Position numbers and translations under genes: made by a program. Below the pieces are notes generated by a model that was given only the letters and a program-made list of their open reading frames with translations, made no database searches and was not told where the DNA came from. Below are positions 1 through 9,004 of a stretch of 64,000 nt of DNA, piece after piece (positions within the stretch are counted from its first letter, which is position 1; each line of letters starts with the position of its first letter). Source of the DNA: Deltaproteobacteria bacterium (GTDB taxonomy: Bacteria; SAR324; NAC60-12); the NCBI GenBank assembly GCA_038150265.1, contig JAYOTF010000011.1, positions 19,274 through 83,273 of the forward strand, written 5' to 3'.

Positions 1-677
1 TGTTCGACCGCCTGGTCTCGCGGGAGATCCTCGAGTTTGCCGCGCCCGGAACCGAGCTGGTTTATGCCGGCAAGAAGAAGGCTCACCACTTCATGCGGCA
101 AGAAGAGATCAACCAGACTCTGGTCTCGCTTGCTCAGGCGGGCAAGCGCGTGGTGCGCCTGAAGGGGGGAGACCCGTTTATCTTTGGACGAGGCGGGGAG
201 GAAATTGAAGCGCTGCTGGAAGCCAACCTGGACTTTGAGGTGGTGCCCGGCATCACGGCCGCGTCCGGATGTGCCACCTATGCTGGCATTCCGCTCACCC
301 ACCGGGACCATGCTCAGTCCTGCACCTTTGTCACCGGACACTCCAAGAAGCCGGACCTCGACATCCGCTGGGAATCGCTGGCCGACCCCCGGCAGACGGT
401 GGTGTTTTACATGGGCCTGAGCAACCTCGAGCTGATCTGCGAGCGCCTCCTTGCTCACGGACGGGCGCCCCAAACGCCTGCTGCAGCCATTCACAGCGGA
501 ACCACCTCTCATCAATCGCTGGTGCTGGGCACGCTGGCCACGCTCCCGGAGGTCACCGAGGCGTCTGAATTCCGGCACCCGACCCTGATCATTGTCGGGG
601 AGGTCGTTGCCCTTCATGAGCGCTTTCAGGCGCATCACACCTACCCCCTCGCCTTGAGTTCCACAAACACCACCTGA
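1..677 (+). CDS. cobA: Uroporphyrinogen-III C-methyltransferase (SUMT/CobA, or C-terminal domain of siroheme synthase CysG), 5' truncated by the window edge
   Basis: Frame is open from nt 3 ([13 protein letters not shown]...[16 protein letters not shown]); motifs [41 protein letters not shown]. Confidence 0.93.
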   Translation, partial: FDRLVSREILEFAAPGTELVYAGKKKAHHFMRQEEINQTLVSLAQAGKRVVRLKGGDPFIFGRGGEEIEALLEANLDFEVVPGITAASGCATYAGIPLTHRDHAQSCTFVTGHSKKPDLDIRWESLADPRQTVVFYMGLSNLELICERLLAHGRAPQTPAAAIHSGTTSHQSLVLGTLATLPEVTEASEFRHPTLIIVGEVVALHERFQAHHTYPLALSSTNTT

Positions 678-733
678 ATGACGGTTGCTCCAACCGCCCC
701 TTGTTTCCTGTTTCTTCCTTCCTGGTTTTCTTC

Positions 734-1669
734 ATGCACTTTCGTTCCCCTCACCCCTTGCTCCTGCTTGGAGTCCTGCTGCTTCCGCATACTGCCTGGG
801 CAGTCCCCTCCTCAGCCTCAGCGACCTGGCCCGCCTGGGTCTGGCTCCTGCTGCTGCTGCTGACCGCCTTTGTGATTGGACTCTTCGGCGTCATGGCGGG
901 CATTGGCGGTGGCGTCCTCTTTGTTCCGTTGGTGAGCAGCTTCTTCCCCTTTCATATTGACTACGTCCGGGGCGCCGGGCTCTTCATTGCCCTGGGGAGT
1001 TCTCTCGCCGCCACGCCGTTCTTGCTGAGGCAGAACCTCGCCAGCCTCAAACTGGCCATGCCGGTGGCCCTGGTCGCCTCGGTCTTCTCCATTGTCGGAG
1101 CCCAGCTGGGCCTCTGGCTATCGGGGCTCGACCCGCGCTACGTTCAGGGGGCACTGGGCGTGACCATCATTGGCATTGGCGCCTTCATGCTGGGGGTCCC
1201 CCCCAACCGGCAGGAGAACCTTCCGGAACTCGACAGCCTGGCCAAACGGCTGGGGCTCTTTGGACACTACCGAGCCGACTCGGGTGAGCTGGCAGACTGG
1301 ACGGTGTTCCGGACGGCAAAGGGGCTGGTGGGGTTCATTGTGGTGGGGCTCGTGGCAGGAATGTTCGGGTTGGGGGCTGGCTGGGCCAACGTCCCGCTGA
1401 TCAACCTGGTGATGGGCGTTCCCCTGAAGGTGGCGGTTGCCACAAGCAACCTCTCCATTTCCATCGCATCTCCCGCGGCCTGGGTGTACCTCAACCAGGG
1501 GGCGGTGCTTCCGGCCCTGGTGGCGCCCTCCATGCTGGGGGTCATGTCGGGCTCCCTGATTGGCTCCCGCCTGCTCCCATACGTCCCCACCTCGGTCATC
1601 CGGAAGATGGTGATCGGCGTTCTCTTTCTCTCAGGTTTTCGCTCCCTACTGAAAGGATTCGGATGGTAA
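734..1669 (+). CDS. Sulfite exporter TauE/SafE family membrane protein
   Basis: Multiple TM segments; GVMAGIGGGVLFVP and duplicated AGMFGLGAGWANVP motifs; KVAVATS. Start taken at ATG 734 (701 is an alternative). Confidence 0.85.
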   Translation: MHFRSPHPLLLLGVLLLPHTAWAVPSSASATWPAWVWLLLLLLTAFVIGLFGVMAGIGGGVLFVPLVSSFFPFHIDYVRGAGLFIALGSSLAATPFLLRQNLASLKLAMPVALVASVFSIVGAQLGLWLSGLDPRYVQGALGVTIIGIGAFMLGVPPNRQENLPELDSLAKRLGLFGHYRADSGELADWTVFRTAKGLVGFIVVGLVAGMFGLGAGWANVPLINLVMGVPLKVAVATSNLSISIASPAAWVYLNQGAVLPALVAPSMLGVMSGSLIGSRLLPYVPTSVIRKMVIGVLFLSGFRSLLKGFGW

Positions 1670-2073
1670 CCTCGACTCCCTCGACTCCCATTGACGAGCA
1701 CCAGGAATATGCCACGGTCCTGACCTGGGGCAACCGCCTTGGGTTGCTCCTGCTCGTGCTCGGTTTTGTCAGCTACGTCACCGGCCTGCTACCGGGCACC
1801 CTCCCCCTGAACGAGTTGCCCCAGCTCTGGTCCCTCCCGCTTCCGGAATTCCTGGCACAGTCTCAAGCGCCTCAGGGCTGGAACTGGCTGACAGTCGCTG
1901 GTAACGGAGATGGCCTGGCCATGATGGGCATCCTCACCCTCGGGTGCATCACGGTGGTCAGCTACAGCTTCCTCGTGGTCCGGTTCCTCCGGACGCGTGA
2001 GACCCTGCGTCTGTGGATGGCATTGGGCGAGATCGCGGTCACTGTGGTGGCCGCTCTGGGGTGGGGGCTTTAG
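1663..2073 (+). CDS. DUF1634-like small membrane protein (usual TauE partner)
   Basis: Three TM segments, overlaps the TauE stop; LPQLWSLPLPEFL...GWNWL...GDGLAMMGI pattern. Confidence 0.7.
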   Translation: MVTSTPSTPIDEHQEYATVLTWGNRLGLLLLVLGFVSYVTGLLPGTLPLNELPQLWSLPLPEFLAQSQAPQGWNWLTVAGNGDGLAMMGILTLGCITVVSYSFLVVRFLRTRETLRLWMALGEIAVTVVAALGWGL

Positions 2074-2075
2074 GA

Positions 2076-2582
2076 CTAAAACGCCTCAGGGCAGTAGTGC
2101 GCGTCAATCGGCGCTCCGGCGCCAGAGACCTCTGGGCCAATTGGGCTCCAGCGCCGGTCTGGGCTCGCCAGAAAGGCAGCAAAATCGGCAGGCACGGATT
2201 CGGGCTCAATCCGGGTCACCCGCTCCAGGTCACACTCATACAGCCGGTACTGAACGATCCACCCCTGGTCCACATCAAGCGCCTGGAGCTGGGCCAGTTG
2301 AAAACGCCGGGGCGGTGTTCCAGCCAGCTCCAGGCTCCGGGAAACACGAGGATTGTCAAAGATGAGGCGGGTGACCGGCTGAAAGAAGAGGTGGGCCACA
2401 TTGTAGAGGTCGGGCTCCCGGATCTCCTGCAGCTCCACAAACTGCGGATGCTGCGCCTCCACGATCTGGCGCATCTGCTCTCCCCACTGCAAGCTGGTCC
2501 GGATGGCATACCCCCACCCCAGCACAATGAGGAGCAGGCTCACCACCTGAACGCGACGGTTGGAGAAGAGCCGGCGGATCAT
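2076..2582 (-). CDS. Hypothetical protein with a single N-terminal TM anchor
   Basis: RRLFSNRR followed by hydrophobic VQVVSLLLIVLGWGYAI; ATGA overlap with the channel gene stop. Confidence 0.65.
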   Translation of the reverse strand: MIRRLFSNRRVQVVSLLLIVLGWGYAIRTSLQWGEQMRQIVEAQHPQFVELQEIREPDLYNVAHLFFQPVTRLIFDNPRVSRSLELAGTPPRRFQLAQLQALDVDQGWIVQYRLYECDLERVTRIEPESVPADFAAFLASPDRRWSPIGPEVSGAGAPIDAHYCPEAF

Positions 2583-5083
2583 TTGCGCATGAATTGCTGA
2601 ACCCGTTGCTTGCCCTTCTCCAGCAGGTGGCTCAGCTCCTCCTGAGGCGCTCCCAGCAGGTGGGAAATCTCTCCCAGCAGCTTCTGCTCTTCCGGAGCAA
2701 AGTCTCGGTCCACCACCGCAATGCTCAGCAGCTCCTCGAGCACCAGGGTGCGATCTTCGTCGCTGATGTCGATCGGCTCCACCTCCGGATGCCGCCCCAA
2801 CAGGATCATCTCTTCGAGCTCCTGAACGTGTTCCGGATTGTCCAGCATCCGGACGGCGCCATGCAGGAAGGTCCGCTCATGCAGGTCGATGGTGTCGTCG
2901 GCCATCACCATGGCGACCACGGCCTTGGCGTACCAGAAGCGGTGCTCGGCATCAAAGTGCTGGAGCAGCTCGGCGCTCAGCTTCGGCCCTTCTTCCTCGT
3001 TGAGCGTCTCCTCCATCTCCCGGAGGACCCGAATCGACTTGAGGACCTTGTGGGCCTGTTCGTTGCCAGAAAGCGCAGACTCCCGGAACCAGTAGTAGGC
3101 CTCCTCCCGGTTCTTCGGCACCCCCTGGCCATTGAAGTTCATGATGCCCAGGTTGTACTTGGCCCGGGCGTGATCCTGAATGGCCGCCTGATGGAACAGC
3201 CGATACGCCTCCCGGAGGTCGCCTCCGGACTTGGTCAGCTCCACCGCCTGCCGAAACCAGTCCTCCGCCTCAGTCGGGTTCTGTGCTCGGACCGCTGCGG
3301 CCTGGGTCATGCGATCAGCGGCTTCATCGGCAAGCAGGGTGTGGTGCTTCTCAAAGAAGCTCTGGTTGCGGATGGTCTCCTCCAGCGCCAGGAAGATGAG
3401 GCTGTCTCCCGCATGCACCATCAGGTCCGGGTGCGGATTGACGATCAACTTGCGGTTGTGGCCACGGAGCAGGCCAACCGGCAGCTGATTCGACTGGCGC
3501 TTCACATTCAGCACCGTCTCCACCCACTTCAAGGAGGCCCAGGAGCTGGAAAGCCGCCGGACAAAGAGGCTCTGGACGTGGGCCTCTTCCGAGAGGATCT
3601 GGGTCACCAGCGTCCCGTACCCTTCGTTGGTCGCCGTCTGAGAGAGGATCGGCGCAATCAGCTCATCCGCCTGCAGGCAGAAGTCGCACCCGACCTTCAT
3701 CAGCTGCACATCAAAATCCGGCTCCCGGTAGCTCGCAATCGTAAAGATCTCGCCGCCGGTTTCCTGCTCCAGACGCAGAACGGCCATCAGGGTCTGTCCA
3801 TCGTGCTGGTGGTCGATGAAGGCCACCTTGGCCTCGGTTGCCCGGGCCTTCCGGAAGGAGGCTTCGCTGTTGGAAACGCCTTCAATCCAGTCCACCTCCA
3901 GGCCTTCCGGAAAGTGCTCCAGGCGGGGGCTTTCCGTGATCACCACCACCCGTTCCCGGGTCCGTGCCTTCTGCAGCTCCCTGAGCAGGCGTTCAATGAA
4001 CATCAGGTTATCGGAGCTGATCACCAGGTGTCCCTCCACCCGCAGGTCTTCCATTCCGGAAATTTCGAGAGCGTGCTCCTCCTGGTCTCCCTTGGGACGA
4101 GTGGCCGGGGGTTGGAGCTGCAGCACCTGTGTGCCCTTGGGCAGCACATGATCGGCCGGAGGATTCACCAGCACCATTTCATCCTCAAACAGCCCGATTG
4201 GCATGACGCCCTGCTCGCTCTTGAGGTGAGCAATCACGTCAATCCAGGCCTTGCCTTCGAGTTCCGGAGAGAGTTCCTGATTGACCAGTCGGTGCCCCTT
4301 GGGCTGGTTGACCACCTCATGCACCCATGCGGGCCCTCCCTGAGACCGGTAGGCCTGCACCATCAGGGGCACATAGACCTCATACGGATCCAGCGCATGG
4401 TCGCACCCAATTTCCTGGAAGTGCTTGCGGTTGCTCTCACCGGTGTACTGCGCCATCGTCACCACCTCCCCGTTGCTGAGGCTCTCCAGCTGCAGCACCG
4501 TCATCAGGGTCAGGCTGTTCTCCTGGTAAGAGACGTATGCAATCTTGGCCTTTTCGGCAGACGCCTTGCGCAGGATGTCAATGCTGTAGCTCTCTCCAGA
4601 GATCCAGGGGAGCTTCTTGTAGCGTGTGGTGATCAGGGGGTGTTCGTCTCCCGGACCAATCAGAGCGACCTTGTTTTGCTCCAGAAACGACTGGTTTTGT
4701 GCCAGGATTTCTTCCATGAAGGTGGGGCTGTCGGAACAAATCAGCACATGATCCTTCTCGGAAACCGGATCCAGCCCACGTTCGCGTCCGCTCTTGAACT
4801 CCTCAAACTTGGCTGTCACCAACGAGACAATGATGGAGAAGTTCACAATCCCGGCCGCCATGACGAGGAAGGTGAAGATCCGCCCCCCCACCGTGATGGG
4901 GGCCATGTCTCCATATCCGACGGTGGTGATGGTCTCCACCGTCCACCAGAGGGCATCAAAGGGGGTGTTGAAGGTGCTGTTTTCGTCTCCCGTCAGGATG
5001 TATTCAAAGAAATAGATCCCGAGGGTGCTGGTGAGCAGCAGCAGCGGCAGCATCACCAAAAAGATAAATCGCGCTTTGTTCAT
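2579..5083 (-). CDS. 2-TM potassium channel with tandem RCK (TrkA-N/C) domains, a Sel1-like repeat and a C-terminal TerB-like domain
   Basis: Pore DALWWTVETITTVGYGDMAP; two Rossmann-like RCK repeats (KDHVLICSD...LRKASAEKAKIA; GHLVISSD...FRKARATEAKVA), each followed by xPxGL...VNP; Sel1 AKYNLGIMNFNGQGVPKNREEAYYWFRESA; TerB-like MVMADDTIDLHE and IAVVDRDFAPEE. Confidence 0.9.
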   Translation of the reverse strand: MNKARFIFLVMLPLLLLTSTLGIYFFEYILTGDENSTFNTPFDALWWTVETITTVGYGDMAPITVGGRIFTFLVMAAGIVNFSIIVSLVTAKFEEFKSGRERGLDPVSEKDHVLICSDSPTFMEEILAQNQSFLEQNKVALIGPGDEHPLITTRYKKLPWISGESYSIDILRKASAEKAKIAYVSYQENSLTLMTVLQLESLSNGEVVTMAQYTGESNRKHFQEIGCDHALDPYEVYVPLMVQAYRSQGGPAWVHEVVNQPKGHRLVNQELSPELEGKAWIDVIAHLKSEQGVMPIGLFEDEMVLVNPPADHVLPKGTQVLQLQPPATRPKGDQEEHALEISGMEDLRVEGHLVISSDNLMFIERLLRELQKARTRERVVVITESPRLEHFPEGLEVDWIEGVSNSEASFRKARATEAKVAFIDHQHDGQTLMAVLRLEQETGGEIFTIASYREPDFDVQLMKVGCDFCLQADELIAPILSQTATNEGYGTLVTQILSEEAHVQSLFVRRLSSSWASLKWVETVLNVKRQSNQLPVGLLRGHNRKLIVNPHPDLMVHAGDSLIFLALEETIRNQSFFEKHHTLLADEAADRMTQAAAVRAQNPTEAEDWFRQAVELTKSGGDLREAYRLFHQAAIQDHARAKYNLGIMNFNGQGVPKNREEAYYWFRESALSGNEQAHKVLKSIRVLREMEETLNEEEGPKLSAELLQHFDAEHRFWYAKAVVAMVMADDTIDLHERTFLHGAVRMLDNPEHVQELEEMILLGRHPEVEPIDISDEDRTLVLEELLSIAVVDRDFAPEEQKLLGEISHLLGAPQEELSHLLEKGKQRVQQFMRK

Positions 5084-5379
5084 GGCATCAGGCTTTTGTG
5101 ACGTTGGATGCCCCTCTGGGTCAACGGCAGGGGGCAGGGGCCCGGACCTGCCTCGTCAGCCTGTGCCTCCGGGGTCTCGGAGGGCACACTCACGTGAGGC
5201 AGCGTCTCAATGGGCGCAGGACCTCTTCCCGATTTTCTTGGGCAACAGGGGAAGGTGCTGTTGTTCTGCACTTCTGCAGAAAGGGCCTCAGGGAGGCCTT
5301 CAGGTCTCGTCTGTTCCAACCAGGAGCGTTGGAACCTGGGGGCACGCGGGAAGTGTCGGCCAGGGGACGGGGTGTTCAT
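5080..5379 (-). other. Possible 99-aa Pro-rich ORF, or structured leader upstream of the channel gene
   Basis: ORF stop overlaps the channel ATG (ATGA), but no recognisable domain; region contains several inverted repeats. Confidence 0.25.
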
Positions 5380-5505
5380 GGGCCTGCAGGGTTCATTCGG
5401 AGCCCACGGGCTCCTCCGGATGGCTCCGTCCAGCGGTTCGGGCCATGGCCGACCACCGAGTCCGGATCACCAACCCGCTTCTGCAGCTTCAGCGCCTGGG
5501 CGGGC

Positions 5506-7026
5506 TCAGTCCAGGTCTCCGAGCGTGATGATCTGATCCGAAGGTGCCAGGACAAAGGAGCGTTCCAGGCTGGGACACCAGTCAATGCGACCGGTTTCCG
5601 TCGACTCCTCGCCATAGAGAATGCCCAAAAACACCTCGCCTTGCGTCTGAGCCGCCAGCACCAGGTCTGCCGTCTCCAGAGAAGCGGTGCTTTCGGGGAA
5701 GAGCGTCTCCACGGTTCGGGAGCGTACGCCCTGGGTTCGGTTTTCCACCAGTTGGGTCCAGAACGGGCTTTGCTCCGGATTCAGCACGGCCCGCAGCAGC
5801 ACCCCCAGGAGCAGGGACTGCGACGACGTCGCCTGAACGCCCACTCGGGCATACGCCGCTTCTTGCCCCCACTGGCGCACCTCCACCACCCAATCCGGAC
5901 GCGCGTCCAGCTGCCGGGCCTGGCGCTGGAGTTGCCGGCAGAGGCGCCACGCCTGAGCCCCTTCATCAGGATTCAGGATCAGCACCGAGGCATACTGATT
6001 CAGCTTCAGAGCCCGGAGGATTTTCGGATCCTGCACATCCAGGGAGCGGACCTTCAGGTTCAGGCCTGGCAGCTGGTGCTGGAGGTCCTGAATGGACTCG
6101 GCGGTCAAGGGCACCCCGGGCTCGGTGAGCACATGCAGAATGGAGCCATCCGGAAGCAACTCGGCAAGCTGTGTCAGCAGAGGCTCGGCCGTACGGGTCC
6201 AGCGCACCACCAGGTGCACCCCCGGACGCAGCACCGGATCCTGCGGCTGCAGACGCGGCACCTGCGAGGTCGCTGGCGTTGCACGAAAATCCAGGGGCGT
6301 TTCGGCCGGCATCCAGATCAAGAGCTCATCCTCGCCCTGAAGCTCGGTGGTGGGCGGAGGCGCAATGAAGATCCGGCCATCCGGAAAGCGAATCCCCACG
6401 GGTTGCCCCTGATAGGCCCGCAGCTGGGCCTCTCCAAAGCGCATGCCCTGCCAGCCGTCTTCCGGAGCATAGCGGCGCAGGTCTCCGGTGTGGCAAAAGC
6501 CCTCCAGGCACCGGGCCTGAAAGTCCGGACGCAGCGAGTTCGCCATCAGCCACCCCTGCAGCTCGCCTTCCACAAAGACGGTGGCATCCGGAAGCCACTC
6601 CAGCACCTGCTGGCGTCCTTCCTCAGTTTCCATCACCACCCCGACGCGTCCCAGGTCGGCGACGGTCAGGATGCTGGCGAGGGTCAGCAGGGTTTCGTCT
6701 TCCGAGGCCTCCGGCAGCACCAACACGCCGACCGGCCCTGCAAGCGGCAACGACTGCAGCAGGTCGCCATCTGACACCTGGCCCGGGATGACCTGTACCG
6801 ACACCGGAAGGTGCGTCTGCAGAGCAGCCACGGCGGCAGACACTTCCAGGACGTCTGTTTCCGGGAGCAGCACAATCTGCTCCAACTCCAGGTTGAGTTG
6901 GCTGAGCCAGCGAAGGAGGCTCACCTGGCGCAGGCTTCCGCCGCAGATCAACAGGCTCTTCGGGGGACGCTGCAGGGCCTCCCAGTTCTCTGTCGCCGTG
7001 ATCGGCTCAAACGGTTCCAGTTCCAT
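5506..7026 (-). CDS. Soluble tandem-RCK protein resembling the CASTOR/POLLUX (DMI1) gating-ring region, with no TM segments
   Basis: KSLLICG start; QPVGIRFPDGRIFIAPP; LRALKLNQYASVLIL; C-terminal LVLAAQTQGEVFLGILY...APSDQIITLG recalls CASTOR/POLLUX C-termini; no long hydrophobic helix. Confidence 0.65.
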   Translation of the reverse strand: MELEPFEPITATENWEALQRPPKSLLICGGSLRQVSLLRWLSQLNLELEQIVLLPETDVLEVSAAVAALQTHLPVSVQVIPGQVSDGDLLQSLPLAGPVGVLVLPEASEDETLLTLASILTVADLGRVGVVMETEEGRQQVLEWLPDATVFVEGELQGWLMANSLRPDFQARCLEGFCHTGDLRRYAPEDGWQGMRFGEAQLRAYQGQPVGIRFPDGRIFIAPPPTTELQGEDELLIWMPAETPLDFRATPATSQVPRLQPQDPVLRPGVHLVVRWTRTAEPLLTQLAELLPDGSILHVLTEPGVPLTAESIQDLQHQLPGLNLKVRSLDVQDPKILRALKLNQYASVLILNPDEGAQAWRLCRQLQRQARQLDARPDWVVEVRQWGQEAAYARVGVQATSSQSLLLGVLLRAVLNPEQSPFWTQLVENRTQGVRSRTVETLFPESTASLETADLVLAAQTQGEVFLGILYGEESTETGRIDWCPSLERSFVLAPSDQIITLGDLD

Positions 7027-7138
7027 GGGTTCAGCGCGGGAAAGAGGGTTGATTCAGGATTGGAGAAAAGTTCTCAGGTCTGGGCAGGGTGAGGACTCTA
7101 AAATTAAGGCCCTTTTCTAGCGAAACCATTCCGGATAA

Positions 7139-8257
7139 TCAAGCTTTGTCACGGGGGAACTGATGAACCCGCGGAATTCGCTCGGTCAGCCCGGTCAGAA
7201 TCTCGTAGGCAATGGTCCCGGTTCGAGACGCCAGTTCCTCAGCCGTCACCTCCTGCGCGCCTTCCTGACCGATCAGCGTGACCCATTCCCCCACTTTGGC
7301 CTCCTCCGGAGTGGCAATCATGAGCTGATCCATGCACACCCGCCCCAGGATCGGGACGCGTTCCTCCCGGAACAGAACCGGCCCGCCATTGGAGAGGTGG
7401 CGTCGGTAGCCATCGCCATACCCGACCGGAAGCGTGGCCACTGGAGTCGGCTCCGTTGCCTGCCACGAGGCGCCATAGCTGACGGTTGCTCCCGGAGGCA
7501 CCGTTTTGCTAAAGGACACCTGCGCCTTGAGTGAAAGCGCCGGCTGAACCGGAACCGTCCGGTGACTCAACGGGTCGGGGTAGACCCCATAGAGCAGCAG
7601 CCCGGGGCGGACGCAGTCGAAGTGCGCGTCCGGAAAGTGCAACACGCCTCCGGAGTTGGCCATGTGCCGCATCGGCAGAGGCTGCCCCAGTTGCTCCCAA
7701 ACCCTTGATACGGCCTCAAAGGCTTCCAGCTGCAACCGATTCATCGGGTGCTCCGGGTCGTCTGAGCAGGCAAAGTGCGAGTAGAGGCCCCGGACGTCCA
7801 CCCAGCGCGAGCGCGCCACCGCCTCCAGCAGAGGCCGGGCCTCTGCCGCCCGCACGCCGGTCCGTTCCATGCCGGTGTCAATCTTGAGCTGAACCGGAAG
7901 TCGGGTCTGGTGTTTCTGTGCCAGCGCCTCCACGGCTTCCAGCATCTGCAGGTTCCCCAGGCTGAAGTCGAGGTGGTGGGTGTAGAAGTGGGGGAGCTGG
8001 TGAGGCTGGTGTCCGCCCAACACCAGGATCGGCGTGGTGATTCCAGCGGTCCGGAGCGCCATGCCTTCTTCCACCAGCGCCACAGCCAGCCACTCCACCC
8101 CCAGGTGTTCGTACCAGCGAGCCACCTCCACCAGGCCATGACCATAGGCGTTGGCCTTGACCACCGCCATCACCTGAGGCGCCCGGACGTGCTGGCGGAT
8201 TGCCCGCAGGTTCGAGGCCAGGGCCGCCATGTCAATGAACGCTGCAGCAGGACGCAT
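7139..8257 (-). CDS. alr: Alanine racemase
   Basis: PLP motif MAVVKANAYGHG, KIDTGMER, SHFACSD, VSYGASW, GYGDGY, GRVCMDQ. Confidence 0.97.
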   Translation of the reverse strand: MRPAAAFIDMAALASNLRAIRQHVRAPQVMAVVKANAYGHGLVEVARWYEHLGVEWLAVALVEEGMALRTAGITTPILVLGGHQPHQLPHFYTHHLDFSLGNLQMLEAVEALAQKHQTRLPVQLKIDTGMERTGVRAAEARPLLEAVARSRWVDVRGLYSHFACSDDPEHPMNRLQLEAFEAVSRVWEQLGQPLPMRHMANSGGVLHFPDAHFDCVRPGLLLYGVYPDPLSHRTVPVQPALSLKAQVSFSKTVPPGATVSYGASWQATEPTPVATLPVGYGDGYRRHLSNGGPVLFREERVPILGRVCMDQLMIATPEEAKVGEWVTLIGQEGAQEVTAEELASRTGTIAYEILTGLTERIPRVHQFPRDKA

Positions 8258-8880
8258 CAGCCGTGCTGACTGTAAAAGCCGAAGATGGCGGCACAGAACA
8301 GCTCAAAGTTCTCCACCTCGGCATCTTCAGCAATGCGCTCCAGGGTTTCCAGGAACGGATCAAAGCCGTAAAACTGCCGAAAGATTTCGGGAATGCGCAC
8401 CCGGATCCTTTGCTCTTGCAGCAGGGGCACCAGTTCATTGACAATCAAGGGAAGGGCTTCTGGCGATTCCCGCAACCGCCGCAGGGTGTGCTGGAAGAAG
8501 CCCTGGACACGGGTGGAGAGGCGCTGCGGATTGCCCGGAAGCTGCGACGAGGCCGGAAACTTCCCCGGCTTGCGCGGAGGCTGCCCCAGCGCAGTGGAGG
8601 CGACCTTGCGTTTGCGGTGGGGGGAATCGGTCGACACCACCCCCAGCCCATAGGCGCCTTCGGCTTCGAGCTTCCGGAACAGCTGGCTCGCTTTCTCGGC
8701 ATTGAGCTCACTCTCCGCATGCGGCGGAGCGATCGTGCGTCCCAGAAACGGATTCTTCCGATTCCGGTACACGCCGTACGTCTCGGCACCAAACTCGTAG
8801 GGCAGGGGCTGCACTCCCTTGATTTTTCCTCCCTCCTGATTGAGGATGAGGGGCACTTTCTCTGAAGGCTTGTCGCTCAT
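8257..8880 (-). CDS. Hypothetical protein
   Basis: 207 aa; TGATG coupling to alr; plausible codon usage; no family recognised. Confidence 0.7.
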   Translation of the reverse strand: MSDKPSEKVPLILNQEGGKIKGVQPLPYEFGAETYGVYRNRKNPFLGRTIAPPHAESELNAEKASQLFRKLEAEGAYGLGVVSTDSPHRKRKVASTALGQPPRKPGKFPASSQLPGNPQRLSTRVQGFFQHTLRRLRESPEALPLIVNELVPLLQEQRIRVRIPEIFRQFYGFDPFLETLERIAEDAEVENFELFCAAIFGFYSQHG

Positions 8881-9004
8881 GATTCAGTTTGGTTCAACAG
8901 CATCCATCTCCCCCTCTGTGGGAAAGTGTGTCACAGTTCTTGCTCGTGGTGTTGGGCAACCTTAAGTTCACCCTCGGCCTACAACGCATGACCCCGGCGA
9001 AACC

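Noticed and set aside
2594..5101. 835-aa plus-strand ORF
   Set aside because: Antisense shadow of the K+ channel gene; expected with high-GC codon bias; no motifs.
5420..5505. c-di-AMP (ydaO) riboswitch call
   Set aside because: Only short fragments match and the core GGGGACCC and CAGCTAACC elements are absent; kept only as an unexplained structured leader.
5098..6774. 558-aa plus-strand ORF
   Set aside because: Antisense to the RCK-like gene; Arg/His/Gln-rich composition typical of shadow frames.
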